Assembly: GCF_964355755.1 (NCBI RefSeq)
Contig: NC_092675.1
Coordinates: forward strand, 21,796,912 to 21,860,911
Direction: 5' to 3'
Source: Antedon mediterranea
Lineage: Eukaryota; Animalia; Echinodermata
Length of the DNA: 64,000 bases
Below are positions 11,901 to 22,101 of this stretch, piece by piece; within the stretch, counting starts at the first letter, position 1; the number at the start of each line of letters is the position of its first letter. Both the position numbers and the translations under genes were made by a program. The notes below the pieces were generated by a model. That model ran no database searches. It was not told where the DNA came from and worked only from the letters and a program-made list of their open reading frames with translations.

Positions 11901-13626
11901 ACTGAAACATTTGTTTTGCGGCCATTTTCTAATTAACAGCACTTAAAATAATGTGTATATTGTACTTCAGATCATCGAAACTGTAAAGAAATATATAAAA
12001 CATTGTAAAAACTGTTTTAGATCTATCATTTATGTTTTTTTTCCGTTTTTAGGCATTTTCGCCATTGGCGGCCATTTTGTTTAAAAAACCTATTTCCCCT
12101 ACCTGGATTTTTCTAAACTTTTAATATGTTCATATAGGGACCTTATAGAAATGCATTGTGGTGAAATAAATTCTGTTGCAATTTTTTCAACCATATTTCT
12201 TCGTTTTCCTGTACTAATATTTTATAAGTCATTATGCCCGTTATGTGTATAACTTTATTCCGATAAATTACTAATTTAGCTTTAAATCATTGATGTGGAA
12301 AGGGGATCCTAGTTAAAGCCAAAAAGTTTTCAAAAAAATCTAAAGGAACACAACATTAGTTTGATTGGCTACATTCATTTTTTTTATTCAATCATTCCCT
12401 TTTTTTCAGATAGTACATCCATAAATAGTAACAAAAATAAAACAATTCAATCAGAAAACCATCCAGAAAATCTTTCACAATCACAACCTAGAATTTTAAT
12501 TTGCACCAACTGATCCCTTTTTCCGATTTTTCCTTGAAAAGTGAAAATCAGAGTACCATCGAATCTCTTTTTAGGTCTTTTTACGTTATATTTTTTATTG
12601 AACAACATAATTGACGTTTTAAACGATCTTTATTCAAATTAAATTGTTATGTTAACTGTTATGTTCACTCGTTCAATATTGTGACAATTATTATATTTTG
12701 TTTTAATATGTTAATTTAAACTACAACAAAATTAAAATTTTACAGGTGATATTGAAAGTTTGTACATTAAACGGTTATCCAATCATTTCCAAGCAGTTGA
12801 GAACACGGTTGTTGAACCAAATGCAGGAGCAGTTGCTGAATATAAAAGTCTTACTGTAAGAAATGACTGGAAAAACGTAGAATATTCCTGGTTTATTGGT
12901 ACATTTCAACAGTTTCGGGTAAAAGTTGCTGGAAACGATAAGAAATACCATCACATAAGTGCTATAGATTCTGTCTACTACCTTGAAAACCTGGCAGACG
13001 ATATTCTATTTATGTACGATATATTAGAAAATGGCGGGATTATGATGATTATGGTTCTTTCAGGTAAGCATGAAAACGTACCTGCATTGGCAACCTCTAT
13101 GGTTTGGCCACGCGTTCATATTTCAATATTTCCAAGTTTTTATCTCTGTTGTATTTCATAATAATTTCATAATAAATAAACACAGTTTATTTTCCTTTGA
13201 AAGACGCGACAACGTAGTTAATTGAAAATGTCGATAATTACAATTTATTACTATTTAGGTACAAATTCACTCAGTAAAATCGACAATCGTTTTTCAAAAT
13301 TGCTGCAGGCAAATTGTGTAACATCGAAAGACATCATTGGTGTTTGTGAAGAAAACCAACTTACTTACGAATGTTATCATCATGAATGTAATAATGACAT
13401 CACTGACTTCTTTTCATCATCTCCGTTACCACAAGAGGAAAAGATTTTACTCGATTTTTGGATCCAAATGAAGGACTTCGAAGAAAACGTACCACAAAGT
13501 ATTTATGATGAAGTCATAAACTTCATAAAAAGTCCAGATTGTTCTATACACATGAATGAAAAGGTATTTTTCAGAAATGATTTCGATATGTTTTTTATTG
13601 AAAAGAAACGTGTCACTCTTGCATAA
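5906..13626 (+). CDS. HNMT: Histamine N-methyltransferase-like SAM-dependent methyltransferase, 3 coding exons (276 aa from Met 5906)
   Basis: Exons 5906-6050, 12746-13063, 13259-13626 joined by GT-AG phase-1 introns, total 831 nt in frame. Motifs IRSLGIGSAIG|DIE (SAM motif I; human ILSIGGGAGEID), NTVVEPN, HISAIDSVYYL, IMVLSG, LLDFWIQ, EKVFFRND align with HNMT from memory. Symbol indicates family, not proven orthology. Confidence 0.85.
7017..7056 (-). ncRNA. Minimal type-I hammerhead ribozyme motif (Penelope-like element type)
   Basis: Minus strand reads gca-CTGATGA-a-gggc-tagtgtt-gccc-GAA-AGCT-C-tgc: intact core, 4-bp stem II, palindromic stem III, UC cleavage site and 3-bp stem I. Confidence 0.75.
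7568..8514 (-). mobile_element. 5'-truncated Rex1/Babar-type LINE insertion with (TTGAC)n tail and target-site duplication, inside HNMT intron 1
   Basis: Uninterrupted frame GVPQGCVLSPFLFTL..KFADDTTIVGLI..WCNENNLFLNVSKTKEMVVDFRK..FKFLGIYI..SGRRFRS..NSFFPGSIRALN (stop 7707); tail (CAAGT)n on + at 7568-7592; GTATATAT repeated at 7560-7567 and 8515-8522. Confidence 0.9.
9629..12216. mobile_element. Academ-derived non-autonomous DNA transposon with long imperfect inverted arms
   Basis: Termini TAGTACAGGAAA...TTTCCTGTACTA with ATA on both flanks (9626-9628, 12217-12219); about 350 bp of inverted similarity at the ends; degraded transposase C-terminus IPPTTSAAKCHSLHVYY..VQQW..PTDWG (minus, about 10140-10255) and ..YYQV..PTDWGW..PAPEKLLKLIRYICK.GC..CSCRKYCLDC (plus, about 10850-11095). 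Confidence 0.75.
11183..11437. mobile_element. Small MITE (Tc1/mariner-pogo-like CCGTA termini) nested in the Academ-derived element
   Basis: TIR CCGTATTTATTTGAATAAATGC at 11183 versus GCATTTATCCGAATAGATACGG ending 11437; TA on the right flank, left flank GA. Confidence 0.65.
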
Positions 13627-13862
13627 TACATTTGACACAGTAGGCCTACAAACCAAGATTTTTCTTTTTTCAATATATCATATTTTTCTGAAAGTCAAGA
13701 AGCACTGTCTATTGGTTTTTAGCTATGTAAATTCAGGACGAACAATTAGGAATTGTGGACGTTACCGTGCAAATACATTACTATAGCAAACCCTATAAAA
13801 GACTTTTAAGAAAAGAGGTCCTTCAATATAATTAGTTTAGTATAAATAATACATGTGTTTAA

Positions 13863-14789
13863 TTAATGTATAACTTCTGTGTTAAGTAATTCTTTTGCAA
13901 TATCAGCAAATGTTGTGTGCATATCATCCAGACTAAAACTTGTAATGTTTCGACCATAGAAACTATAATAGAGTTTAATAGCATAGTTTAACTTATGGTT
14001 ACAATGACCATGAAAAATGTTCTGGCATGCTTGCTCGGCAAAGTCATTCAAATCATTGCGACGTAAACTATCTTTCTCAATATGAACGTACTCTTGATAC
14101 TTAGTAGTCAATCTTAGTAATTCTACAGATTCATCATAAACTTGTGGATCGTAGTTTGTAAATGTTTCCAGCCATTTTTGAACAAACGTTGAGTTTTTTT
14201 CAGAAAAAATAATTGAAGAACTAACACCATAATCCTCTTTTCCAAGAGTTGTTGAATCATGAAAAAGTTGTTCCGCTGACTTTAGAAAGAGTACATCTGT
14301 ATCAATATAAATTCCGCCATGTTTTCTAAGAGCTTCTAATCTGACAAATATTGACTTATGACGTAAATCTGCAACGAGTTCACCATTTAATCTAAAATCC
14401 GGATTCTCTAATATTACACGAATATTAGGCATTTTACGAACAGAGTCCCAGAACTGTCCACGGAAAAATGCTTTTCCTGCGTAGAGGTGGAAGTAGATGC
14501 GTCTTGGGGAAAGGTATTTCTGTACGCTTAAGACGCTAAGGTAATGATGCAGTTTAAATTCCCCTTCTTTCATCCATGTATAGTGTACAATTCGTGGAAC
14601 AACCGTACTGTCGATGCGTACATTTCGTTTGTAACTGCTTTTTCGCATTTTTTGTGTAGGTTTTCCATTATTCAAATTCAATACTCCGACTGAAACTAGA
14701 ATGTTTGTTATAAACAATATTAGCATTAGTAGAAAAACTAAACATATTCTTCTTAACCATCGTCTGGACCTTCTTTTCAGTAGTCTCAT
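13863..14789 (-). CDS. GT32-family DXD glycosyltransferase (alpha-1,4-glycosyltransferase-like), type II membrane protein, single coding exon, 308 aa
   Basis: ATG at 14789 directly after acceptor TTACTTTGCAG; basic N-tail plus TM helix ICLVFLLMLILFITNILVSVGVL; VPRIVHYTW, HHYLSVLSV, HKSIFVRLEALRKHGGIYIDTDV (DXD). Probable 5' UTR exon with donor GTAAGT after 15399. Confidence 0.85.
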   Translation of the reverse strand: MRLLKRRSRRWLRRICLVFLLMLILFITNILVSVGVLNLNNGKPTQKMRKSSYKRNVRIDSTVVPRIVHYTWMKEGEFKLHHYLSVLSVQKYLSPRRIYFHLYAGKAFFRGQFWDSVRKMPNIRVILENPDFRLNGELVADLRHKSIFVRLEALRKHGGIYIDTDVLFLKSAEQLFHDSTTLGKEDYGVSSSIIFSEKNSTFVQKWLETFTNYDPQVYDESVELLRLTTKYQEYVHIEKDSLRRNDLNDFAEQACQNIFHGHCNHKLNYAIKLYYSFYGRNITSFSLDDMHTTFADIAKELLNTEVIH

Positions 14790-14846
14790 CTGCAAAGTAA
14801 GGTTAAACACATAATCATTAATTTAATCATATCAATAAACAAATCC

Positions 14847-14912
14847 GGGCCGAAACGTCCCACTTCGTGGGCCGAAACGACTCACTTTGTGGGCCGAAAC
14901 ATCTCACTTTAG
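14847..14912 (+). repeat. Three tandem 22-bp repeats GGGCCGAAACRWCYCACTTYGT
   Basis: gggccgaaacgtcccacttcgt / gggccgaaacgactcactttgt / gggccgaaacatctcactttag read directly. Confidence 0.85.
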
Positions 14913-15654
14913 ACAAAATTTATATACATTTTGTTGTGGTATTTATCAAGTTTTTAAAGGGTTTTAACTATCCATATTTTATTGATATTGGTTGTTGATA
15001 TAATATAGTCCCGTTACCGTACATTATGTATTAAACACAACAGATACAAACAAACATGGTTGTTTCTCTGTATTTCGATCATACCGTAAGGAACACGAAC
15101 TTCGTACTTAAAAGAACAAAACATAGGCCTACCGTTATAACGAAGGTGACAAAACAGTTCCGTAGAAAGGCATAAACAATCCTTTTTAATGCTCTTCTGT
15201 TGATTTGCAGAATGAAAATGTATTAGTTTTTTTAATATATCTTGAAGCTATTAGTGTTGTCCTGTACACAGTGAACATAGAAAATGGGAATTTATGGACT
15301 TTGAACGGCGCAGTACTGTGTGTATAGGCCTACACGGTGTAGGCCCTATAGTTATATTGAATAAACACTAACACGACTTGTACTTATAAATAACTTACCG
15401 AGTGACGGTGTATTTAATTAAAGGAATGTGGTTACAAACAGGATATTTCCCAAAGGGCGTATACGTCTGCCTACATGTAGGCCTTTATGAGTAGATAAAG
15501 AACTAACATTTTCGAAAACAAGGCAAAAACCAAATTCTTTTTTTTTAATGTAAATATTATTCGATATGCCATATATTTTGTTATAACTTCTTGTAGAGTT
15601 ATACAGTAAGCAGTTATGTCAACAAATAAAAGAGTCCAAACTATGCAATTTTTA

Positions 15655-16029
15655 AGCCGATTTTCCACTAGGCGAATTTGTTCGCGCGAATCAAACGTTT
15701 CGAAGAGAAAAAAATCGCCTACTCTCTTTCCACTACATGAGCGAATAGCTGCGACGTTCATGTTTATGCGTGGTTGCTGAGCATTTCGATTCGCATGAGT
15801 GCTCATGAAAGCGTCATAGCTCATTTCCTGAGCTCTGATTGGTTGCGCAATATTTCGCTTCGCAAAAAGTAGAAACAATTCGAACTAGTAAATTTCCCTG
15901 CAGCGAAAAATCAAGGAACTATAATTCGTCGCGCAGAAGGGAGTATGACCGACAGAAACTCGAATACGCATGCGCAGAGTATGACGCTTTCGATTCGCGC
16001 GAACAAATTCGCCTAGTGGAAAATCAGCT
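15655..16029. mobile_element. PIF/Harbinger-type MITE with about 40-bp TIR and TTA target duplication
   Basis: AGCCGATTTTCCACTAGGCGAATTTGTTCGCGCGAATC at the left end, GATTCGCGCGAACAAATTCGCCTAGTGGAAAATCAGCT at the right; TTA at 15652-15654 and 16030-16032. Confidence 0.85.
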
Positions 16030-16137
16030 TTAGTCGCGTGCAACGCGACTCTACAGCTCACTATGTCGGTCGGTCGGTCGGTTGGTCGGTAAATACTAAC
16101 TTAGGTACGCAACTGCAGCCATGTATATGGCCTTGTT
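16030..16137 (+). mobile_element. Short Helentron/HINE-like remnant
   Basis: Starts with hairpin TAGTCGCGTGCAACGCGACT, then (GTCG/GTTG)n microsatellite and 3' hairpin GCCATGTATATGGC followed by CTTGTT, the DINE-1/HINE layout. Confidence 0.55.
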
Positions 16138-16234
16138 TAAACATATAATCGATAACACTACCATATATCGACATTGTATACAAAAAAAATCAAGATAAAA
16201 TAAGTTAAAACTGCCTCAATATAAGTTTATTTTT

Positions 16235-16270
16235 ACGACATGTTTCGGGCATAGCCCATCATCAGGTGTA
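16235..16270 (-). ncRNA. Minimal hammerhead ribozyme motif
   Basis: Minus strand ac-CTGATGA-t-gggc-tat-gccc-GAA-ACATGT-C-gt: intact core and palindromic stem III, but only 2 bp of stem I. Confidence 0.6.
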
Positions 16271-16851
16271 TACACCCTCTTATAGAGGCATTTTAACCAG
16301 TTGTGTCACAACAAATTTGGTAATTATTCGAGGAAAAAGTCATATATGCAGAAGCACTACTTTTATACTTTGTAATGACAAACATTGTTTACTGCAGCCA
16401 AAATTACTAATATTAGATATAACACCCGGTGTGTTAAAATAACAACAACAGCCCTTTGATACTTTGCTTGTGTTACATGACAGAATGGCATGCATTTTGT
16501 TTATTTATATGGAGTCCAAACTCATTTAAATTCACTTGTACGCTGCAATCACACATTTTCTTAGATTTGTTCAATTCGCTTTTGATCTAAAGCTATAATA
16601 TAATTTTCTTTCATTCTAATCACAATTATTTTTACCTACCATAATAAATGTTAACACAATTCAGTTTAGTATAATGCTATACAGATTAGTCTTACTCTTA
16701 CTACAGTATCCCCACCTTATCCACCCCTGCAGATGTTATGAATCCACTACTGCTGCTAAGGCCAGAATGTTTATAACGTCACATTCTATTATACAAGTAA
16801 AAGTCTATATGATAATGATATAGACTGTAACATAAGTATCGATCTAGGCTT

Positions 16852-19800
16852 TTATTTCCACAATTCCACCTTCACTTTATAATCTTTTGCGAATGTGAGA
16901 ATGCGAGGCTTGTCATGAACTGCTACAGGTCCTTTCGTATCTTCAGGCTTAACGAATTTGTAATTTTGTACCAACCACGAAAAAATCATGAAGCTATTTG
17001 CTTTAGCCAGTGATTCTCCAACACATACTCTACGACCAGTGGAGAATGGTAGAAAACTTGGTAGACGCTGTTTAACGGCGTTCTTCGCATCTAGAAAACG
17101 CTCTGAAAAATGTTTTAATAAGGCCGAGATAAAAAATACAAAACCGTTTCAAATAGAATTCAAAGAGGAAAAACAGAAACCTACTTGCTTCTAATTCGAT
17201 TCTATATTCAATTCGGTTACAGTAGCCATGTTAAGTCTTCAACTAAACACAATACCTAAAAGGGCAATACTGTACGTATCTTGTATTTTGTACCATAATG
17301 AATAATTGCATGGAATAAAGAAGGGATAATAGGATTGAAAAATAAGATAAAAATTAGATAAAAAGTTACCACAAACCTGGCCTAAATTTGTCTGGATTGT
17401 CCCAATATTTCGGGTCATTGTGAAGAGCCCAGAGATTGATAAATACCCAAGTGTCTTCGGGTACCTTGTAAGATCCTTTAAAAACAAATTTTACAGTGTA
17501 ATTGTATGATAATTTTGAACATTCAATTTTAGAAAGTAAAACTGAGTGGACAAACTAGATTTAGTAATTACTGTGGTTGGATAAGTAACAAAATAAGGAA
17601 ATAAAAATAATGAAATGATAATTAAGTATAACTATAGTCTAAGCAACGCCTAATTTTCAATTTGCAAAGTTAATACAATAAGAAATTAGTACTATTGATT
17701 ATAACACTACTCCATTTTTTACAAGTTTGTCTGATCATTGATATCATTATCTGAAATTTGATGACTCTGAACTGTAGTAAATAAACGTCAGCAGGGTCGA
17801 AATTTTCAAAGACAATGATGACGATGAATGACATTCTTACCAATTGAAGAGTCTGTGATTGCTCGGTGAGTAAGAGCAAGTGGTACAGGGGTCCTGTATC
17901 GCATTACTTCCATGAGGGTAGCTTCCGTATACGGCAACTTTCCACGATCACTCAATCTTGGAGGTCTATCACCAATGACGTCATCAATTTCTTGTTTTAT
18001 TTTATCTTGTACTTCAGGATTGTCAGCTAAGCATCCAATTGCCCAATGTAGAACTGTATTCTGAGTATCGATTCCAGCTGTAAAAAAATATATATATAAT
18101 AATATTTATGAATTATAATATATATATATTACACACACGTACCGGTACAGTAACTGTGCTCATCAAAGTTTAGTAATTAAATATTCTTTACCGGTGAAAA
18201 GATCAATGATAATCTGCTTGAGATGAGTGTCTGTTAGTTTTTTTTTCTCATCAACTCCTCCCTGGGCCTCAGCGTCCGCCTGGGCTTTTAGTAGAAGATC
18301 GATAAGATCATTTGCTGGAGCATCTAAAAATTAGAACAGGTGGAAACAGGTAGATCTATAGGCCTACATCAAAACTTGAATTTTGCATTATCTACTAACT
18401 GAACTTACAAAACTGTTATAGTTTTGTTTGTTTTTTTTAATTAGAACAACGCAGTATACAGAATAATTTATATTACGTAACTGTATTTACCTGGATCAAA
18501 TTTGTCGGTGTGTAATTTAACTTCTTTGAGGACGTACGAAAACATTGCTTCACCAATTTTTTTGAAAGCGTAAAAGTATGGATTCGGTATGTATTTAAAC
18601 CATGGAATGAAATCACCTGTCCAACCATTATCAAATGAATCATTAAGTTTCTTTGCGATATCTACATATTTCACAAGCCTAGGATCATTCAGCTCATATC
18701 TGATAATATAATAAGTAAAATTACGGGTAGGCTTACTCTTTATTTTGCTAAAGGAAATATGCCATAGATGTATTACATCAAAGACGATGGAACGATTTAA
18801 AAAAATAGTTTCTCTCAATAGGCTGTACAACGATGAATAGAGAAAACAAATTCTAACTCTATGTCTTACTATACTTACTTATATCCGAAGCACATAGACC
18901 CAATGACGTAATAGATGGCTGGTACTATAAATTCGTTGGGGTCAAAAGGTTTTTCCATTTTCGACATAATAAATTTTGATAACTCCGGTCTGATTTCATC
19001 ATGAAGATTGTCCAAATACTCACCAGCAGCAAACTTTCTAGATAAATAACAAAAATAGGCATATTTAACAAAAGTATTTGTTTTATTTCACTGTTTATTT
19101 AAGACATGGACAATCATTTTAATTTTGGTTTACACCGCTGCTTAATCTTTATATAGCATGTTATAAATGTATGCACTAGCCTGATGGAAGTGTGAGCCAA
19201 TAACCGGTGGTACTTCCATGTTGGAGTCGGGTTAGCTACAGCGATATCCTTTTGCCCGTCTGTATACCAATCAACTAAAAGTAAAATTTAAAAATGTGTT
19301 TATTTAATGTGAAGATTCCTTGAAAGTATTTATTGGTTTTGAATCAATGATTGGTCATAAAATAGAAGAAGATCCACTATTGCAGATCAGAATCAAAAGA
19401 CATATAGAGAAAATGGCTGTGCAATCATTCATTTAATATAAAAATTGCAACCAAATGCTAAATTACAAAATGTACATGTATAAGTAATTATCAATAATAT
19501 CTGGTGTGTATTGAATATATTGTATTAAAATGTTTGTCTATCTTGTGATTATAACACAAACATTTTCCAGATTGTAGATGAAAAGTTGTTTTTTTAATTT
19601 GAAGTACCATAACACAGAAAAACCTTATTTCTTGTCAGAAACTAATAGACTATACTATTATTCTTCTATATATGTATAAGCCTTTGTACCTACGTCATAA
19701 GAAAGATGCACTATATTTGTTTTAATAGGTTATTACATTTCATTTAAACTAAATGATGGCTTAAACCAATATGAAATATCATGAGCAAAATATAAATACA

Positions 19801-21628
19801 AAAGACTTACATATAAATGAAGGTGGACGTCCACTGAAGTCGTTTACCTTTGTCAACAATGCTTCTTGAACAAGCTCATACGTATTCAGAACCACGCTCC
19901 AATACGAACCAACCTTTATAGAAAATATATCTCCGTATACCTTTGACATTTCTTTCATCGCCCTTTGAGGAGGATCGTTACCCATAAGAACTTTAAAGTA
20001 GAAACAAGCAAAAGTATTACATTATTACAGTTATTATAACATATTTGCCTACCAATCACACTAATCATAGATAAATGCGAGAGAAGGATTTGTAACGTTG
20101 GTAACATCAAAGAACAATCCAATCCAATGTCTGTTTATATTTAACAGTAGTGTTAAATCTCTTGGTGGCAGGCGAGACATTTTGTACATTTGATCGTACT
20201 ATCTTTCTCGTTTCTCACTCATTTATCCATAGACTAAAGGAAACATTAACTTCAGAATCTGGAAGAACCTAAGTGAAATTCGTAATTTCAGTATTAAATA
20301 TTTAGTATTTAATGGAAAACTATACCGAAAACCATATTTTGACAACGTATTAGGAATGTACATGTGATTTCAGAACATTTGCGAGATTCACGATATCGCC
20401 GTGCGTGCTTGCCGCACAGCCGTCGCCGTAAATTGCTGTGACGTCAAGTGTGCTTAGCAAAATCTACATCATAAGTTTCTACTGTTGTTAACATACAAGA
20501 GATAGGTACCTCTCATTTCAATTGCTAATTTGAATTGCATTAGGCTTAAATTTGCCCAAATGTTTAGTCTGTTATTCTGAAGAAGCACTTCAATATCCAG
20601 ATAGGCAAAAGAAACAATAAAAGAAAATCAAAATTTATATTTTGGACGATTTATTTAAAATTATTGTTCGCGCTTTGCAAGACTTTTTTCTGAATTTGTT
20701 TTATTGTTTCCTATCTGGATATTTAACTGTTTAAAAAAAATAGGATTTTTGGAAAATTTAAACCTAATGCAGGTCAAATTAACAATTTAAATGACAGGTA
20801 CCTATAAATCTAGTTTTTGTTTATACAGTAGAAAGAAAGTACCAAAATAAATATTGATAGACTATGCTTAGATAACATTGAAAACGTAGAGCTTATACCT
20901 ACAATGATAACATCGAATTTATTTTAGATCTGGTTGGTGATTATTGGTATAAAATTAATGTTACTATTAGAAATGTGTTACCACCACACTCTCTTCCCTC
21001 ATACATAATTTAACATTGATTTAATTATTAGGCCTATTTGGTACAACTGGCAACTTAATAGGCCTATAAATAAAAATAACTTTTTTTATATTTTGTGGTT
21101 CACCACAACCTTTATTTATTTAATGTATCATTACATAATTTCTAAACATTATCTACCCTTTTCATTATTTTCTGTTTTCCCTAATTAATATCATAATTGT
21201 AACCTTTAATATCATACTATTAGTGAAAATAAAAATAACCTAATGTACACCGAGAAATAAAAGGTCACGGTGTTATGTGTTACTGTCTGCCTTACGGATA
21301 ACTGTTTCTTTAACAGGGATGTGCCTTGAAGGTTTCTACTGCTTAGGCCTATATTAATTTATTTTATTTATTTCTTTAACAACAACATTTATACAGGATT
21401 ATACACAATTAAGTAGGAACATACTTGATTTGCATTGTGGTGCTGTCTACCTACTGTATATAACGTGCTAAAATAAAATGAGAAGTATTCACCAGACATG
21501 CTTCCTGTAATCGGGTACGGGGTTGGTCCAGGTGGCATCCCAGACGGTCGACGTACATTCATATAAAGCCATGAGATAAATAACACGACAAATCCAACAA
21601 TCAACTGTGTACTCGAAATATCCAACAT
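16852..21628 (-). CDS. Cytochrome P450, clan 2 (CYP17A1/CYP1-like), 9 coding exons, 498 aa
   Basis: Exons 21628-21493, 19990-19811, 19274-19181, 19037-18879, 18699-18491, 18323-18192, 18077-17841, 17475-17377, 17102-16852; total 1497 nt in frame. TM anchor plus PPGPTPYP, WKYHR (C helix), AGIDT (I helix), EVMR (ExxR), PERF, FSTGRRVCVGE (heme Cys). Probable 5' UTR exon with donor near 21921. Confidence 0.93.
20476..20834. mobile_element. Foldback/MITE-like palindromic element in CYP intron 1
   Basis: TTTCTACTGT...ATAGGTACCTCTCATTT...GCATTAGGCTTAAATTT...ATATCCAGATAGG on the left mirrored by CCTATCTGGATAT...AAATTTAAACCTAATGC...AAATGACAGGTACCTAT...ACAGTAGAAA on the right. Confidence 0.7.
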
Positions 21629-22094
21629 TCTAAAGATTAAATATATTAAATAGGTAATAAAAGCAACTTGCAATCGTATTTTACATTACGCTCATTTTCA
21701 TATTTATTCGAACTTCTTAAGTTGATGAACTTCCTAAAATTACATTATAACATGTTATGTCATGGTCGAAATGGCCAAAAAACATCCAAAATAGCATGAC
21801 GTAACATTTATTGGTACTTGGTTAAATGGTTAAACAACATTTAACAAATCTAAATATTTGTGTACACTTTTTACGTGTTTCAACCAATCTATCACCATAC
21901 CAAATCATCACATTTTTCTTACCTGAAAGTATCTAACCCTTAACAGACAAAATACGCAATAATTCGAATACAAATGGTTCGTTCTAGTCCAAAGCCCAAC
22001 TCCCGAATATTGATAGAAGGAGTTGGTCAAGAGTAAAATAAACTAAACAAAATCATCTGACAATGATAACTTGCCATACAATGGATTCTTATCG

Positions 22095-22101
22095 TTTTAT
22101 A
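22095..22101 (-). promoter_or_regulatory. Possible TATA box for the CYP gene
   Basis: TATAAAA on the minus strand about 175 bp upstream of a strong donor (CAG|GTAAG near 21921) that could close a 5' UTR exon; weak evidence in AT-rich DNA. Confidence 0.25.

Noticed and set aside
14790-14810. ORF-track N-terminus MFNLTLQ of the glycosyltransferase, and similar extensions on HNMT and CYP exon ORFs
   Set aside because: Intronic sequence upstream of splice acceptors read from GTG/TTG starts.
15471-16033. ORFs 15471-15878 and 15839-16033 sharing FDSREQIRLVEN
   Set aside because: The shared peptide is just the MITE TIR translated from both strands.
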